Assembly: GCF_006345805.1 (NCBI RefSeq)
Contig: NC_043016.1
Location: 4,588,001 to 4,652,000 of the forward strand
Direction: 5' to 3'
DNA: 64,000 nt
DNA from: Octopus sinensis
Lineage: Eukaryota
Shown here in pieces: positions 15,000 through 28,084 of this stretch. The notes under the pieces are model-generated. The model made no database searches. It saw only the letters and a program-made list of their open reading frames with translations, and was not told the origin of the DNA. The number at the start of each line of letters is the position of its first letter. Positions within the stretch are counted from its first letter, which is position 1. The position numbers and the translations under genes were made by a program.

Positions 15000-15763
15000 A
15001 AAAGGTCCTTAGCAGCAGTATTCCAGTCTCTTTTGCCAAATGCCCTCTTTCAAACTCTTCAAAGACTTCGCGGTTGAACTCTCGATTGACGATCTGGCCC
15101 GCGGGCAAGGATACTCGATGCACAATACTGCGGATTTTGAAATAAAAATACTATGATAATGCTCTTGATTGAGCTACGTCTCTGTTGTGCCTTCTTCAGT
15201 CATGGAGATGAAGAGTTCTTCCATTGTGACGGCTACTGTTTCGTCACAGGGTTGTACCCGCGGACCTAACTCTCGTCACCGGTGATGATCCTCGACACAA
15301 AGGATTGGTCATCAGTGGCACACTGACATAAATCTTGTTCCCTCTGCTCAGTGGTCAGCAGGCGGGGGACAAAACTTGGCAGAGACTCGCTGCGAGTTCA
15401 ATTTAGACGTTAGGATTACCTCCACGGAGCCATACAACAGACCAATAACATCTGTAATGTCGTTGATTCTCATACACAAGCTGATGACTTTTCTGCATGT
15501 TTCCGTGGGTGATGCTCGTCGGAGGTCTTCTAGATCGCCCATGCCCTTTCAGGGACGTTCTTACACTTTTGGAGCGCCTGTGCCACTCGAAAAATTGCGG
15601 TCACAAAAACACATATTTCACACCTTGCGAAGTAGCACAGTAATGTCACTTGGCACTCTGCCTCTTGAAGGTCACTGATAACTCTCACTGCACATGCAAC
15701 CGTGTGCTACCATCTGTTGGTTCGCTACAAAACTAGTCCGGGAACTTTTTCATACTACCGTGT
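15000..15763 (-). mobile_element. Mariner transposon remnant
   Basis: RINDITDVIGLLYGSVEVILTSKLNSQRVSAKF resembles the mariner HTH to VSAKFVP region. The terminus resembles 44897, and the body is homologous to 44897-45735. Confidence 0.85.
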
Positions 15764-17204
15764 ATGCATATGCGACACAGAGCAGATGAACTAAGAGAAA
15801 AACAGGATATGAGATAAATAAGATGTGTGTAAGAGTGGAGACTGAACTAGTACGGACATGTGAGGTAATGAAGTGACAAAGAATACAAATGAAAAGGAAA
15901 CTGAGGAAGATATTGGAAAAAGTAATGGATGATATTGATCACCGAAGGGAAATCCCCAAGAATAAATTACAAATATCAAAAAAGATATAAATACGCTATG
16001 CTGCTGAAGATCTGTCCAACCCATGTAAACATGATGAAAACTCAAAATAAAAAAATATATATATTTTTTTTTTCTTTTACAAATAATCACAATATCCATC
16101 TCGACTTATGTAGGCAGTATGAAGAGTTTCATGCGTAAAATTATATAAGATGAACGGAGATAAAATGTTTCCGAACCACGATTTTTGTTCGGCAGACCGT
16201 ACACAAAGTGAGTTGCCAAGAAACTAGCCTAAGAAACTATTCATAACTGATGGTGTTATTGCATCATGACTGACAATTTCATATAAATGTACTTCAAAGC
16301 AATCACTAGATGGTAGACTGGGCCTATTACTGAAACATTTACAAGATATATGTCCGTGGAAAAATAGAGTAGAATATTTTGAAATATATATATTGTGAGA
16401 TCAGGAAAATCTGCTAATAAGAACTTATGATTTGGTCAGTAAAAATACTCAGATCCAATCAGTGAAGTGAAAACATAATGTTCCAGTGTTTTAGGAAGCG
16501 CTTGTCAAAGTGGCAGCTTTTAGTAAATATCTCTGATTTAATATTTACATTAGATATGGTTTAAAGAATAAGCTTTTTCCAGCTTTACGTAATCATTAGC
16601 CATCTGTGTCATTTTACTTATGTTTCTGAGGAAATTCCACTTGATAATGTAGACTCGAAAAAAATCTGATAATGTATATGAGATTTTCTTTGATTTCTCT
16701 GACTAAGGCTTCACAATTAGCTGAGCATTCTAATATTCAATTCAAAATTACGAGCAACATTTTCTGCTTCTTGTATTTTTGTATTTTGGAGTAATTTTGT
16801 TTCCTATTTTTCCTCCAAAGAAAACTATGTTTACTGGAAAACAGCCACTAAGATAGCATCAGCTTGAAGATAAACTGATAATATTATTGTTGATTATGTT
16901 AATTAAAGGAACAAAAACTGCTAATAACTAATTAAGATTCTTAAATGATATCTTATTTCTATGTAAGAAGGAATTGTTTTTTATTTATATTTTGTCCTGG
17001 TCAACATTTTGGTGATTTTGAGCGTGGAAACTTTCGTGGCATATTGTGTTTCTCAGCAAATACGACCCACTTTCTGTAGAGCATGAAACTAATCAAATGA
17101 AAGTCACTAAGCAATTCGAGTCCATTATTTCTATAAGTATAACTGGTAGAATCGTTAACACGCAAGGAAAAATTCATTGCTTCATATTGTCTGTCTTTAC
17201 GATC

Positions 17205-17335
17205 TAATTTCAAATTCTGCCGGTGGTCGACTTTGCCTTTCTTCCTTTCGGAGTCGATAAAATAAGAACCAGTCGTGTACTGGTGCCGATGTAATCGGCT
17301 TGCACCCCAAGTTATTGGCCTTGCGCCAAAATCTG
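17205..17335 (+). mobile_element. SINE family C, 3' part
   Basis: gtcgactttgcctt...gtcgataaaataagaaccag. Confidence 0.7.
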
Positions 17336-18292
17336 TTATCATTATTTTTTATTTTTATATGAATACCAAACTAATTAATTGAGCTCTGTGGAGAATTTTT
17401 GCCAATAAAAATCCTTGACGTGATTCAAAATGCTAAAGGAACAAAATAATTATTCGATATATAAAAACTATGGTTAGTTCGACATTTCTAATTTCAAAAT
17501 ACAGTTAGTTTATTCAAGTTTGCAACTAAGACTTCAACAAAGGTGAAAAAAAATGTCTAAGTATGAAAATATTAGAACAAGAACTTCAGATTTCTTTGCA
17601 TGGAATGTCCATTTTAAGGACATATTTATACCTTAATGCACTTAGTTATCTTTACAGTTAAATGTGCTGACAATTATCCATAAATAAATCAGTTAATTAA
17701 TGCATGTGATAGTAAATTTCATATCAACACGAATACCATCAAAAGCCGGAAATGATATTTGACAAACTCGAGATCGAGCAGGACTAATTTTAAACTCATA
17801 GCAGAAAACATTGGAATTTCATCAAAATTTTCTGTCACTTTTGCATTACCAATTTTGCAAGATACCAATCGCCAACACAGAGTTTTGTCTTGTTTGCAAT
17901 CATAAAACTTTTTATTGTGGTCTCGAATAAAGATTTGAGTGGCTGCATTTGATTTGTGCCCATTTTAGATGTCTTTGAAAGTTTCTTTATGTGAGGGACG
18001 TATGTCTACTTTCAGCATTTGAACTAATCCAGGAACAGAATCACAACTGAGCTTCGTTCTTAAATAAATGTATTTAATAAACTTTAATTGCATTGCAAGC
18101 AAAATTAATGCAGAATTGCTGTAGGAGATTCTAACTTGGCGATTATCCGATTAAACTGCAAATTTTAATGAGTTTATTAGCATCTGTTGAATCCCAGAAG
18201 ACGAGTTTCAACGTGTTGAAACTGGATAGTCTCGTTAAGCATTCAACAATAACGCTGGATTGGATGCGAACAAGATTTTACGTTTACTCAAT

Positions 18293-18400
18293 AATTTCCC
18301 CAAGACACCTCAAGAAGGCTGGAGGGTATATCAGCCGAAACGATGTGTTAACAACAAACAAGATGTGGACAAATATCCGTCAGTTGTAAATAATGTAAAT
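18293..18400 (+). mobile_element. PLE pseudo-LTR fragment with decayed hammerhead
   Basis: Homologous to 35629-35745. It keeps a perfect GGCTG/CAGCC stem II, but the core is mutated (ctcaaga) and the triplet reads GAT. Confidence 0.7.
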
Positions 18401-19110
18401 AATGAAAACATTTTCTCTTTATATTTACATCTTTCAGGAGAGATCTCACATTGAAATAAGATAGACTACTTTAGATTAACCACCATTGTGCTGTCCAACG
18501 TGTTATTTAAGTGTAAAAGTCACCAGTCATGATAATGAAATTACTGCCATTAGATATCATAGCACTCTGAAAAGGGGCCACGTAGTTTTTTTTTCCCCAA
18601 CTGATTGCGATGTATATGCAGAGATCTCGGTTGCTGTCATTTTGCTTATGATTTATCTAAACTTAAGTATTATGTCTTTAATTTGATTCACTTTATTTAT
18701 CCCATTCCTAAAGAATATGCCGATTCTTACGCTGTTACCGATACGAAAGACTTCGTAATTGTATTCTTTGCCTATGTGAAGTCTGGCTGAGCTTCTACTC
18801 TATCTTAACTCTTAAACACAGCGCATATTTATTCCTACCCGCTGCAACACTTATATACAATCTCTATAGGCTTATCTTTGATCATGTCGTCACCAATGAC
18901 AACAACCCTGGAATTTTGAGTCTGACTTCGGGAAGAAAGTTTCCTGTGTTTTGGGGGTTGATAGCCAGCTTCTGCGACTAACAGACAGTGTTTGAAGACG
19001 ATTAAGGGATTTTCACACATGACATGTTTCCATTTGCCTCTTTACTTTCATGTATATATACTTGTGCAATACACACACACACACACACACACACACTCAT
19101 ATATATATAT

Positions 19111-19494
19111 ACTAGCAGTATCGCCCGGCGTTGCTCAGGTTTGTAAGGGAAATAACTATAAAGCAATTTTAGAGAGTTATAGCCAAAAAATAGCAAAAAA
19201 ATGGAAAAAAATGATGGTAAATTTTTTTTTTAGTTAAAAAAGGTGGAGTTGCGTCCCCTAGACAGTTTGTGGTTTGTTTTTCTGATTCTCGACCCCATGT
19301 CGAATTTATCAATTTTTTTCAGAAATGGGGGAACTTTTCAAAATTTTCGCTGCGTTAGTTTTGAATTATGACATTGGGCTATGTGTGTGTCAAGTTTCAT
19401 CAGAATCGGTTGAAAGCCGTGGTCAGGGTGAGGGTACAAGCAAACAGACACACAGAAACACGCACAGACAAACTGCCGTTTATATAGAGAGAGA
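19111..19494 (-). mobile_element. Non-autonomous Helitron-like element
   Basis: CTAG|T 3' end and TC 5' end; near-identical to 34538-34900. Confidence 0.75.
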
Positions 19495-19768
19495 TGACAG
19501 CGTTGGACTGGCTTCCGTGCGGTGGCACATAAAAAGCACCAATCCGATCGTGGCCGTTGCAAGCCTCGCCTGGCACCTGTGCCGGTGGCACGTAAAAAGC
19601 ACCCACTACACTCACGGAGTGGTTGGCGTTAGGAAGGGCATCCAGCTGTAAGAAACACTTTCAGATCAGAGTGGAGCCTGGCGCAGCCTTCTGGCTTCCC
19701 AGATCCCGGTCGAACCGTCCAACCCGTGCTAGCATGGAGAACGGACGTTAAACGATGATGATGATGAT
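19495..19768 (+). mobile_element. SINE with RTE-like 3' end and (GAT)n tail
   Basis: gttggcgttaggaagggcatccagctgta...ggacgttaaacgatgatgatgat; related fragments at 26160-26268 and 41310-41350. Confidence 0.7.
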
Positions 19769-20194
19769 ATATTGAAGTTTCCACAATTAATATGTTTTGG
19801 GCATGTAAATGTAAATGACATTCCTATTATTGATCTCTTTGCAGGCCATCAACACTAGGAACATTGTCTGAAGCGTCTTCTGTATGTTTTGTTCTGTTTT
19901 GTTCAGAATCTGTCCGTCTGTAAAGGCTCTTAACTTTTGTTCAGACTTTTGTTCAGAATCGCTCATCTTCTGTATAGGCTCTTTACTCAGGCCTGCAAAA
20001 ACTTGTCTTTTGTGCGTAAATTTTTATTTAGACTACTGTTTTCCCAAATGGGTTGTCTTCTATGTAGCTAGTAGAGTCTACGTTTCCTTAAACCGAATAA
20101 AATTAAGAAAAAAATAGTATTTTTTTACATAACGAATGTGTTGCATACTACCTGCTTGCCGCAGGTTTCTCTAACATACACACAAACACGTACA

Positions 20195-20945
20195 TACGAG
20201 GTCTGATCAATAAGTGTCTCGACTGTTACTATAGTAACGAAGCTAAAGCACACCAAGTGGAGCCGCTAGGCACAGACTTCCGCTGTTTACAGCAGTACTT
20301 TGAAGGAAGGTGTGTAGCGAGTGATCATCGCATTGACCGTGACAGAGAAAGTTGTCATGGCGATACCTGCTCAGAGGCCTACGCAAAGTTGCAGAAAGTG
20401 TGCGGAGGGGAGTGTATGAGCCGCACACAAGTGTAGGAGTGTTTCAGACGTTTCCAAGATGGATGAAAAAATGTCGATAGTTACAAGCATTCTGGGACAC
20501 TCGCAACCGGCAGAACTGAGAAAAACATCACAGATGTGCGTGCAATTGTGAGGGGAAATCGTCGAATCACCATCCGTGAGTTATCAGAGAATGTGCAGAT
20601 TAGTTACGGTTCACTTTCAGTCAATTATAAAAGAAGATGTGGGTATAAGACACGTGTCTGCCAAGTTTATACCCAGACTACTTTCAGCTGACCAAGAAGA
20701 CACTCGGGTTTCAGTTGCACAAGATCTCCTTGATTGTGTCGAGAACGATGAAAACTTTTTGAAAACTTTGCCTAGGCTTCTGAGCAGGTGTCGCCAAGCT
20801 TTTGGCAAAATTTGATGCAGATTCTCTGCTCAACTTTCTCTGTTATGGTCAATGCAATGAACACACGCTACACACATTCATTCCAAGCACTACTGTAAAT
20901 AGTGGAAATAAGTTAGAACGTTAAAACTTGGTGTGCTTGCTCAAC
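20195..20945 (+). mobile_element. Mariner remnant with an inverted second copy of its 5' region
   Basis: TACGAGG start; GNRRITIRELSENVQISYGS and VSAKFIPRLLSADQ...DLLDCVENDENFLK. 20765-20945 is the reverse complement of ~20243-20390. Confidence 0.85.
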
Positions 20946-21493
20946 AGAATCTAAGGTGAATTTTCTTTTTGATGGGTTTGGCAAAAGAGTTTTTACTTAT
21001 GGTATTTGCAGGATTTCTCAAACTGTGAGATTGATGCCATTAATATTTTTCTTTAAACTTTGCTCAAGAATTCGTGTGAAAGATATGAGCAAAGATGGCG
21101 GATGTTCTGGGATTGAAGGATAAAGGCAATAACGAGTGCGGTAAAACAAAGGTGCTGGAAAGATGAAAGACGAGTGGGATGTAAGTTTGTGTGGTATGAG
21201 TCCACAAAGCCCAAAGGAGCAAAGACAAAAGTAGCAGTGGCTGAGAAGGTAGAGAGAAATGGCAGCAGGTCTGTTATCCAGAAACACTCAGACACACACA
21301 CACACATGCAAACACACGCACGCACACGCACAGACACGTACACACACACGTTATTATATGTGCGTGTGTGTATGAATCTACGCATATACTCTATCTATAA
21401 TTAATAAATTTTAGGGTAGCAAAAAAATTCTAGAAAAAATTCTCCGCTACCAGCGGTCTAGTGAGAAAGAAAAGATAGTCAAAGACTATATAA

Positions 21494-21740
21494 TATACAT
21501 TCAACAATATAAGGAATGGCCCTGATAGGCCATTCGACTCACTAGAAAGAGCAGCCAAACTCAAACCGCTAAATAGTTGTAACTCTGAAATGGAAAGAGA
21601 AATAAAAAAGGATAGGGTAAATGTTTTTATTTCTCTTTCCATTTCAGAATTACAACTATTAGTGGTTTGGAGTTTGGCTGCTCTTTCTAGTGAGTCGGAT
21701 GTCCTATTATGGCCATCCCTTATATGTTTGAATGCATATA
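21494..21740. repeat. Inverted repeat, ~115-bp arms, 15-bp spacer
   Basis: gactcactagaaagagcagccaaactc...gaaatggaaagagaaataaaaa versus tttttatttctctttccatttc...gagtttggctgctctttctagtgagtc. Confidence 0.9.
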
Positions 21741-22315
21741 CTCTATCTATATATCTATATCTATATATTCATATGGCCCAATGAATTAGGCATGCAATCC
21801 ATTACATAGGCGATTAGCCAATGTGCCAAGTAATGTTATTGAAGTCAGGACCCCAGGATAAAAAAGCAATCTTCATTTATACTAGAAACATTCCTGACCC
21901 CCCTTCATTTCTGTATGCTATATGTAGATATATCTACGTTTGTATGTCATAAAAAATATAAAAAGCCTCACACATTTTGACAAATAAATCAATAAATAGA
22001 CAAAAGTAACAGGAGATGTTTTTCTTTTTTTTTCTTTTTTACCAGAAGGGAAATTTGTCCTCACACACAAAACAGAAGCTGAGACAGAAAGGAAATCAGT
22101 ACCATGCTTTCAGAGGTGCTGATATAAAGTAAAACATTATCTCTAAGTAGATGTGTGTCCTTTCAGAACTGCCAAAATTTAATTGGTCATTATTAACCAA
22201 TACATACATAAATACATACATACATACATACATACACATACGCACATGCAAACGTATATGTGTGTGTATACATATATGTATTTATGTATGAATATGTATA
22301 TATATATATATATAT

Positions 22316-22356
<41 letters not shown>

Positions 22357-22819
22357 TATATATATATACACGCACAAACACAAATACATATTTATATATA
22401 TGTTTTCTTCGTTCCCTCCTTAAAATTCTACTTGTGAGACAGGATAAACTTGTGGCTTCTTGAAAACCTGAAGCATTAAGTGTCAACATTCAGTAAGAAC
22501 CTTGAATATGAATCTTTCCTCTTTCTTTATTTTTGGCACTTAACAAACATGCCACCAGTTAGCATGGTATGAAATATTAGTGAACCTAGACGCTTCACCC
22601 ACTAATGTGGAGGACTTTAAATCTTCCGGAAATAGCTTTATTAGCTATTGTAATATTATTTGTTATTTATCTGTGTGTCTGCCTGCCTGTCTGCCAGTCC
22701 GTCTGTCGCCTATGACTATCAATGTATCTATCTATATCTATCTATGTGTGTGTATATATATATATAATATAGGTGTTATACGAAGCTGTCGTCTATATCT
22801 GTGTATCTCATGCTCTCTC

Positions 22820-22883
<64 letters not shown>

Positions 22884-22900
22884 GGATGTGGGTGTGTGGA

Positions 22901-23195
22901 GGCGCAATGGCCCAGTGGTTAGGGCAGCGGACTCGCAGTCGTAGGATCGTGGTTTCGATTCCCAGACCGGGCATTGTGAGTGTTTATTGAGCGAAAACAC
23001 CTAAAGCTCCGCGGGGCTCCGGCAGCGGGTGGTGGCGATCTCTGCTGTACTCTTTCTCTCACTCTTTCTTCTGTAGGCCTGCTCGCTTAGCCAGCGGGGG
23101 TGGCGTCATTTGAAGGCTAAAACAATGCGAATCACATTGTGACCAGCGATGTATAGCAACATTTGATAGCCTGGTCGGTCACGTGATCACGTGGT

Positions 23196-23200
<5 letters not shown>
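22901..23200 (+). mobile_element. tRNA-derived SINE, family B
   Basis: ggcgcaatggcccagtggttagggc (A box) ... ggtttcgattccc (B box); second copy at 48068-48363. Confidence 0.9.
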
Positions 23201-23238
<38 letters not shown>

Positions 23239-24519
23239 TGCTTGTGCGTGTGCGTGTGTGAGTGTGTGTGTGTGCCTATGTGCTTGTGTGTAGGTGAAAT
23301 AAACATCGGCCCCAGCAGAAATTGCAGGAGCCACTCAAAAGTTTTGCAAGTATATCTAAATCCAACCTTAAATATTGTCAGCAGGTATTTTCAGATTCAC
23401 AAGCGTTTCGCCTCTTCGTTTGTACGCTTCACCGGAATCAGGCAGTGAGGATTGACCTAGTCTTCACGTAAAGAAGAAAACTCATATGATGTGCAGTTTC
23501 TTTCTCGCATATTTGTTTCCCGTCGGCCACACGCGCTGACATTATACATCCAACGCGGTTCATGGACGTGTAGATGACTCCGTTTGCCACTTTATATCTG
23601 TCTCCCACTTGTTACCTCTAATTCCTCCTCTTATCATCCAATCACACAACCCTCCATCACTCTCCTGTCTACTATATCATAAAGCTATAAGAAATGAAAA
23701 GAGAATCCATTATTATATAACTTAGCCTATAGCCATTTCTGTAATGCTCTGTACAATTCCCAGAATTCATCCCTATTCATCTTTATCCATCTTCATCTCC
23801 TATATATATATATATATATATAGCTAACCGAAAAAGAGGTTGTTACATTTCAGTAGGCATAATCTTAATATGAATAATAGCAAATTATCTTACCATTGGA
23901 CAGGTTTAATACTCTCTGTTATATTCTGTATTAAAGAATGTAAACTCTCTTCTACAATGAGCAAACGCATACACGTTTGAATACAGCGTGCGTATTTTGT
24001 CAACTCCCTGAGTATAGCAATACATAGTCAGGTATTTGAATGATAAAACTATCCCTATTTTTGAGTTGCATTTATATTTGCATTCAATAATTAGTCGTGC
24101 ATACGTACATATGTCGACAGACGGACGATATCTATCATACGCACACGAACATATACGCTTATGCACTCACATATTATTTAATATTCATAACCTCGAAACA
24201 AGTTATAGTCTAACGATCAATACAAAAACGTGGTAAAAGAAACGAAACAACCAGCACCGAGTCTCAGTGTCACAGCAGAAGCTTAGCAATGTGCTGTCAT
24301 ACAGGTGTTATACGAAGCTGAAGTTGCTGGTAATGATTTCCCGCTCCAATACTAGAAGCATACAGGTACGAGAAGGTGAATTCAAGGAACTGCATAACAA
24401 CGGCATTAATTCTTTCAGACATAAAGAAAAGAGAAGTTCCACTAAAATCACTAAAATATAGCCGTGCCAGTCCAGTTGAAAAGAGCCTCAAGCACTGAAA
24501 TATAGGTATGCTCATTATT

Positions 24520-25255
24520 AGTTCATCCGCCGTCGTCGACGATGAACAAGAGCATCACATGGGAGAAGAAGACGGGGCACGGTGTGTGGATCTTTGGCCG
24601 ATCAGTCCGATGCGTGCATGGAAGGCTCTGTAACAAGTTGGGCACCAGTTGTCTGCTGAGACTGAAGGCGACGAGTTGGCTCTGCACTTTCGCAGTTCGC
24701 GTTTTCATTGTGTTCCTGAAATTATGTTCTGTTCACAAGAAGTGAAACCTTTGTTTGTGCAGCTTCGCCAGGCAAGGCGGTCTTTCGAATGTCTTTCCCA
24801 AGTGTCGGCCTTGATCTCAAAGCTTTTCAGTGAGGTTGAGTGTATCCTTGAAGCATTTTTTCTGTCTACCTTGCATGCGATTGCCTTCCATGAGTTCGCT
24901 GCTAAACACTCATTTTGTCAAGTATTCGAACAGGGTGGCTTGCCCACCTGATGAGCGCTCTTAGCAATGTGTAAATGCTTGGCATATCAGCTCGAAAGAG
25001 GACCTCCATGTCTGGGCCCTTGTCTTGCCTGGTGATTTTAACAACTTTCTCAGGTAGTTCACGAAGAAATGGCGTATCTTTTTAACATGGCTTTCGTAAA
25101 CTGCCCAATCTCGAAGGCGTACGGCAGAGAAAGTGGTAAAGCTGCTTACTACAGATTCAACCTTTTGATCAGCCTAATGCCGCTCCTCTCCCACGTAGCC
25201 ACCTAAATGCTGAACTTCTCTTGGCGTTACGTGTGACTTCATTATCAATTATTAC
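24520..25255 (-). mobile_element. RTE-clade LINE 3' fragment (RT C-terminus and 3' UTR)
   Basis: Minus frames give IDNEV..AKRSSAF, YLRKLLK..DMEVLFRADMPSIYTLL, and SSELMEGNRMQGRQKKCFKDTL, typical of the RTE C-terminus. Confidence 0.85.
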
Positions 25256-26159
25256 AGATCAGGAGTGCATGGGATATCGGGGGAGGGGGGCTCGTATCTC
25301 TGACAGTGGCACTCTTCGGAGTAGATCATCTGACACCCAGCTTTCACCGGTCATACTCGGGCAACAGCTTCCACAGGTCAATTAAAACATGGTGAGTGTA
25401 GCTGACTGGTTTCAAACTCTCGGTAAACTAGGGCTTATTTACCAAAGCACGTGAAGACTGGATGCTGCAGACTGTGCGGAAGAAACCACTAGATTGGGTC
25501 AACGGGCAAGAAGCCGGACCAGCAAGCATTGTGGGCACAGGGAACAGTGTGACACGAAGGACACTGTGGCCATTCGCTACATCCTGACCTATCTCTAGTT
25601 TTCACTTCTTCCCCTTCTGCTGGAATTAGATAGAAAAAGACGAGAAAGTGAGACGATGATGTGGCGCGATCCTCGCTCGCTTGAATCCGTGTCACACGCA
25701 AGTCAACACATCACACTATCTCCGACAAGTATGTCTAACATAACACGAAGCACCAGATCTAAAACTTATACCGAATATGAACATTTCAGCAATCATTTAC
25801 TTCAATACTGGAACCCGTACTCACCACCAACACCTGCACAAGACGAAAGACAACGTTATACACACACACACACCCAGGCGCACTCAACTCACACATAGAC
25901 GGAGAAATACACGCATACAGACATATGCATACACACAATCGCGCACACACACACACGTGCATACACGCAATCATATATACTGTGAGAAAGAACTATATGT
26001 GTGTATATGTTGAAACATGTGTGAATAAGAAACTTGATGGAATTCGTTCGTATGTGTGCTATTTGTACACATGATAGAATTCTCTACGCGTTCTTACATG
26101 AATAGATGTAGTTTAAATACAGAATAAACGCGCTCTCGTGCATACATTCATACATTTTG

Positions 26160-26268
26160 GCACGGATGCAGAAGTATGGTGCAGGCTCCTGCCTGGCCAG
26201 TTCCTGTCAAGCCATCTGACCCATACTGGCATGGAAGGAGGATGTTAAATGATGATGATGATGATGAT
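26160..26268 (+). mobile_element. RTE-tailed SINE 3' fragment
   Basis: ccatctgacccatactggcatggaaggaggatgttaaatgatgatgat. Confidence 0.65.
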
Positions 26269-26509
26269 GGTTATAAACCTATTTCTTTACTACCCCCAAG
26301 GGGCTAAACACAGAGAGGGCAAACAAGGACAGACAAATAGATTTAGTCGATTATATCGACCCCAGTACGTAACTGGTACTTATTTAATCGACATACATAC
26401 ATGCATACATACGTACATATATATATATTTATTTAATAATAATAATATTAGGGAGTAAATCCAAACTTACAGGGAAAAATTAGATTTAGGATTAAATCTA
26501 ATTTTATAG

Positions 26510-26668
26510 TATAAATATATATATTAAATTAGAGATAAAACCACTATTAGGCAAATCAAACAATGAAAAATCATAAACCAATACATAGTAAAAAATCAAT
26601 TAAAAAATATAAAATATAAAATTCAAAATAATAGTGGTTTTATCTCTAATTTAATATATATATTTATA
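26510..26668. repeat. Short inverted repeat (~38-bp arms) in an AT-rich repeat
   Basis: atattaaattagagataaaaccactatt / aatagtggttttatctctaatttaatat. Confidence 0.8.
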
Positions 26669-26739
26669 TATATTTATCTTCATCATCTAACGTCAATGTT
26701 GCTTGCTGGCAGGTATATACATGTATGCATGCATAGATG

Positions 26740-27150
26740 TTTGTATGTATGTATGTATGTATGTATGTATGTATGTATGTATGTATGTATGTATGTATGT
26801 ATGTATGTATGTATGTATGCATGTATGTATGTATGTATGCATGCATGTATGTATGTATGTATGTATGTATGTATGTATGAATGTGTGTATGTATGTATTA
26901 TGTATGTATGTATGAATGTATGTATGTATGTATGTATGTATGTATGTGTGTGTATGTATGTACGTATGTATGTATGTGTATGTATGTATGTATGTATGTA
27001 TGCATGCATGCATGTATGTATGTATGTATGTAATGTATGTATGTATGTATGCATGTATGTATGTATACATACATACATACATGTATGTATATACGCATGC
27101 ATTCATGTATGCATATATGTACGCATGCATATATGTATGTATGTATATAT
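26740..27150. repeat. (GTAT)n tetranucleotide array
   Basis: Visible in the sequence. Confidence 0.95.
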
Positions 27151-27159
27151 ATATTGCGT

Positions 27160-27364
27160 GTGTGTGGATTTGTCTGTATTTGCCCCCACTTTACAACCGA
27201 TGCTGGTCTGCTTACGTCCACGTAACTTAGCGGTTCAGCAAATGGGATCGATAGGATAAGTACTAGGCTTACAAAAATATAAGTTCTGAGTCGATTTGCT
27301 CGACTAAAGGCGGTGCTCCAGCATGGCCGCGGTCAAATGACTGAAACAAGTTAAAAAATAAAAG
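27160..27364 (+). mobile_element. SINE family A, 3' half
   Basis: Matches the family A body and tail. Confidence 0.85.
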
Positions 27365-27375
27365 AATGTATACAT

Positions 27376-27409
<34 letters not shown>

Positions 27410-27417
27410 GCACACAT

Positions 27418-27468
<51 letters not shown>

Positions 27469-27537
27469 ATTTAATTAGAGGATATGTTAACCTCGTGCAT
27501 GGATGGTTGCATCCAGGGAAATACTGGTTTAATATCT

Positions 27538-27790
27538 TATGTATGTATGTATGTATGTATGTATGTATGTATGTATGTATGTATGTATGTTTGTGTGTGT
27601 GTATGTATGTATGTGTGTATGTATGTATGTCTGTCTGTATGTATGTATGTATGTATGTATGTATGTTTGTGTGTGTGTATGTATGTATGTGTGTATGTAT
27701 GTATGTATGTATGTATGTGTGTATGTATGTATGTATGTATGTATGTATGTATGTATGTATGTATGTAGGTATGTATGTGTATATGTATGT
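27538..27790. repeat. (GTAT)n array
   Basis: Visible in the sequence. Confidence 0.95.
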
Positions 27791-28084
27791 GTTATCTCCA
27801 ACGATATGTCTGCCGTATTACTATTTGGTATTAGTTTTGACGTCTTGACAGAAATGAGTCACTTCCAGTTCTAGAATCTAGTATCGAGATTGTTTCGTTT
27901 TCAGAAAACAGGTGTGGTGTCCCTTCTTGTGTCCGTCTATATCTCAGAAAACCCTTTGTCATCCCTGAATGTTCTTCTTCTTTGGTTATTTCATCTTACT
28001 GCGAACGTGGCTTTGTACCGGTGCCATCAATTTCCTTCTGCTTCTGGAATGGTGAAAAGACAAAGTCTTTGTATGATACTTTTT

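Noticed and set aside
22901-22975. Functional tRNA genes (also 35485-35555 and the family A heads)
   Set aside because: The acceptor stems do not close and each continues into a repeat body, so they are SINE heads.
23960-24015. Tc1-like terminus (actcagggagttgacaa), echoed at ~55335
   Set aside because: The two matches are 31 kb apart with unrelated flanks; no element can be delimited.
25255-25680. GC-richer segment upstream of the RTE fragment as a fused RTE 5' UTR
   Set aside because: Plausible but cannot be assigned without a family consensus.
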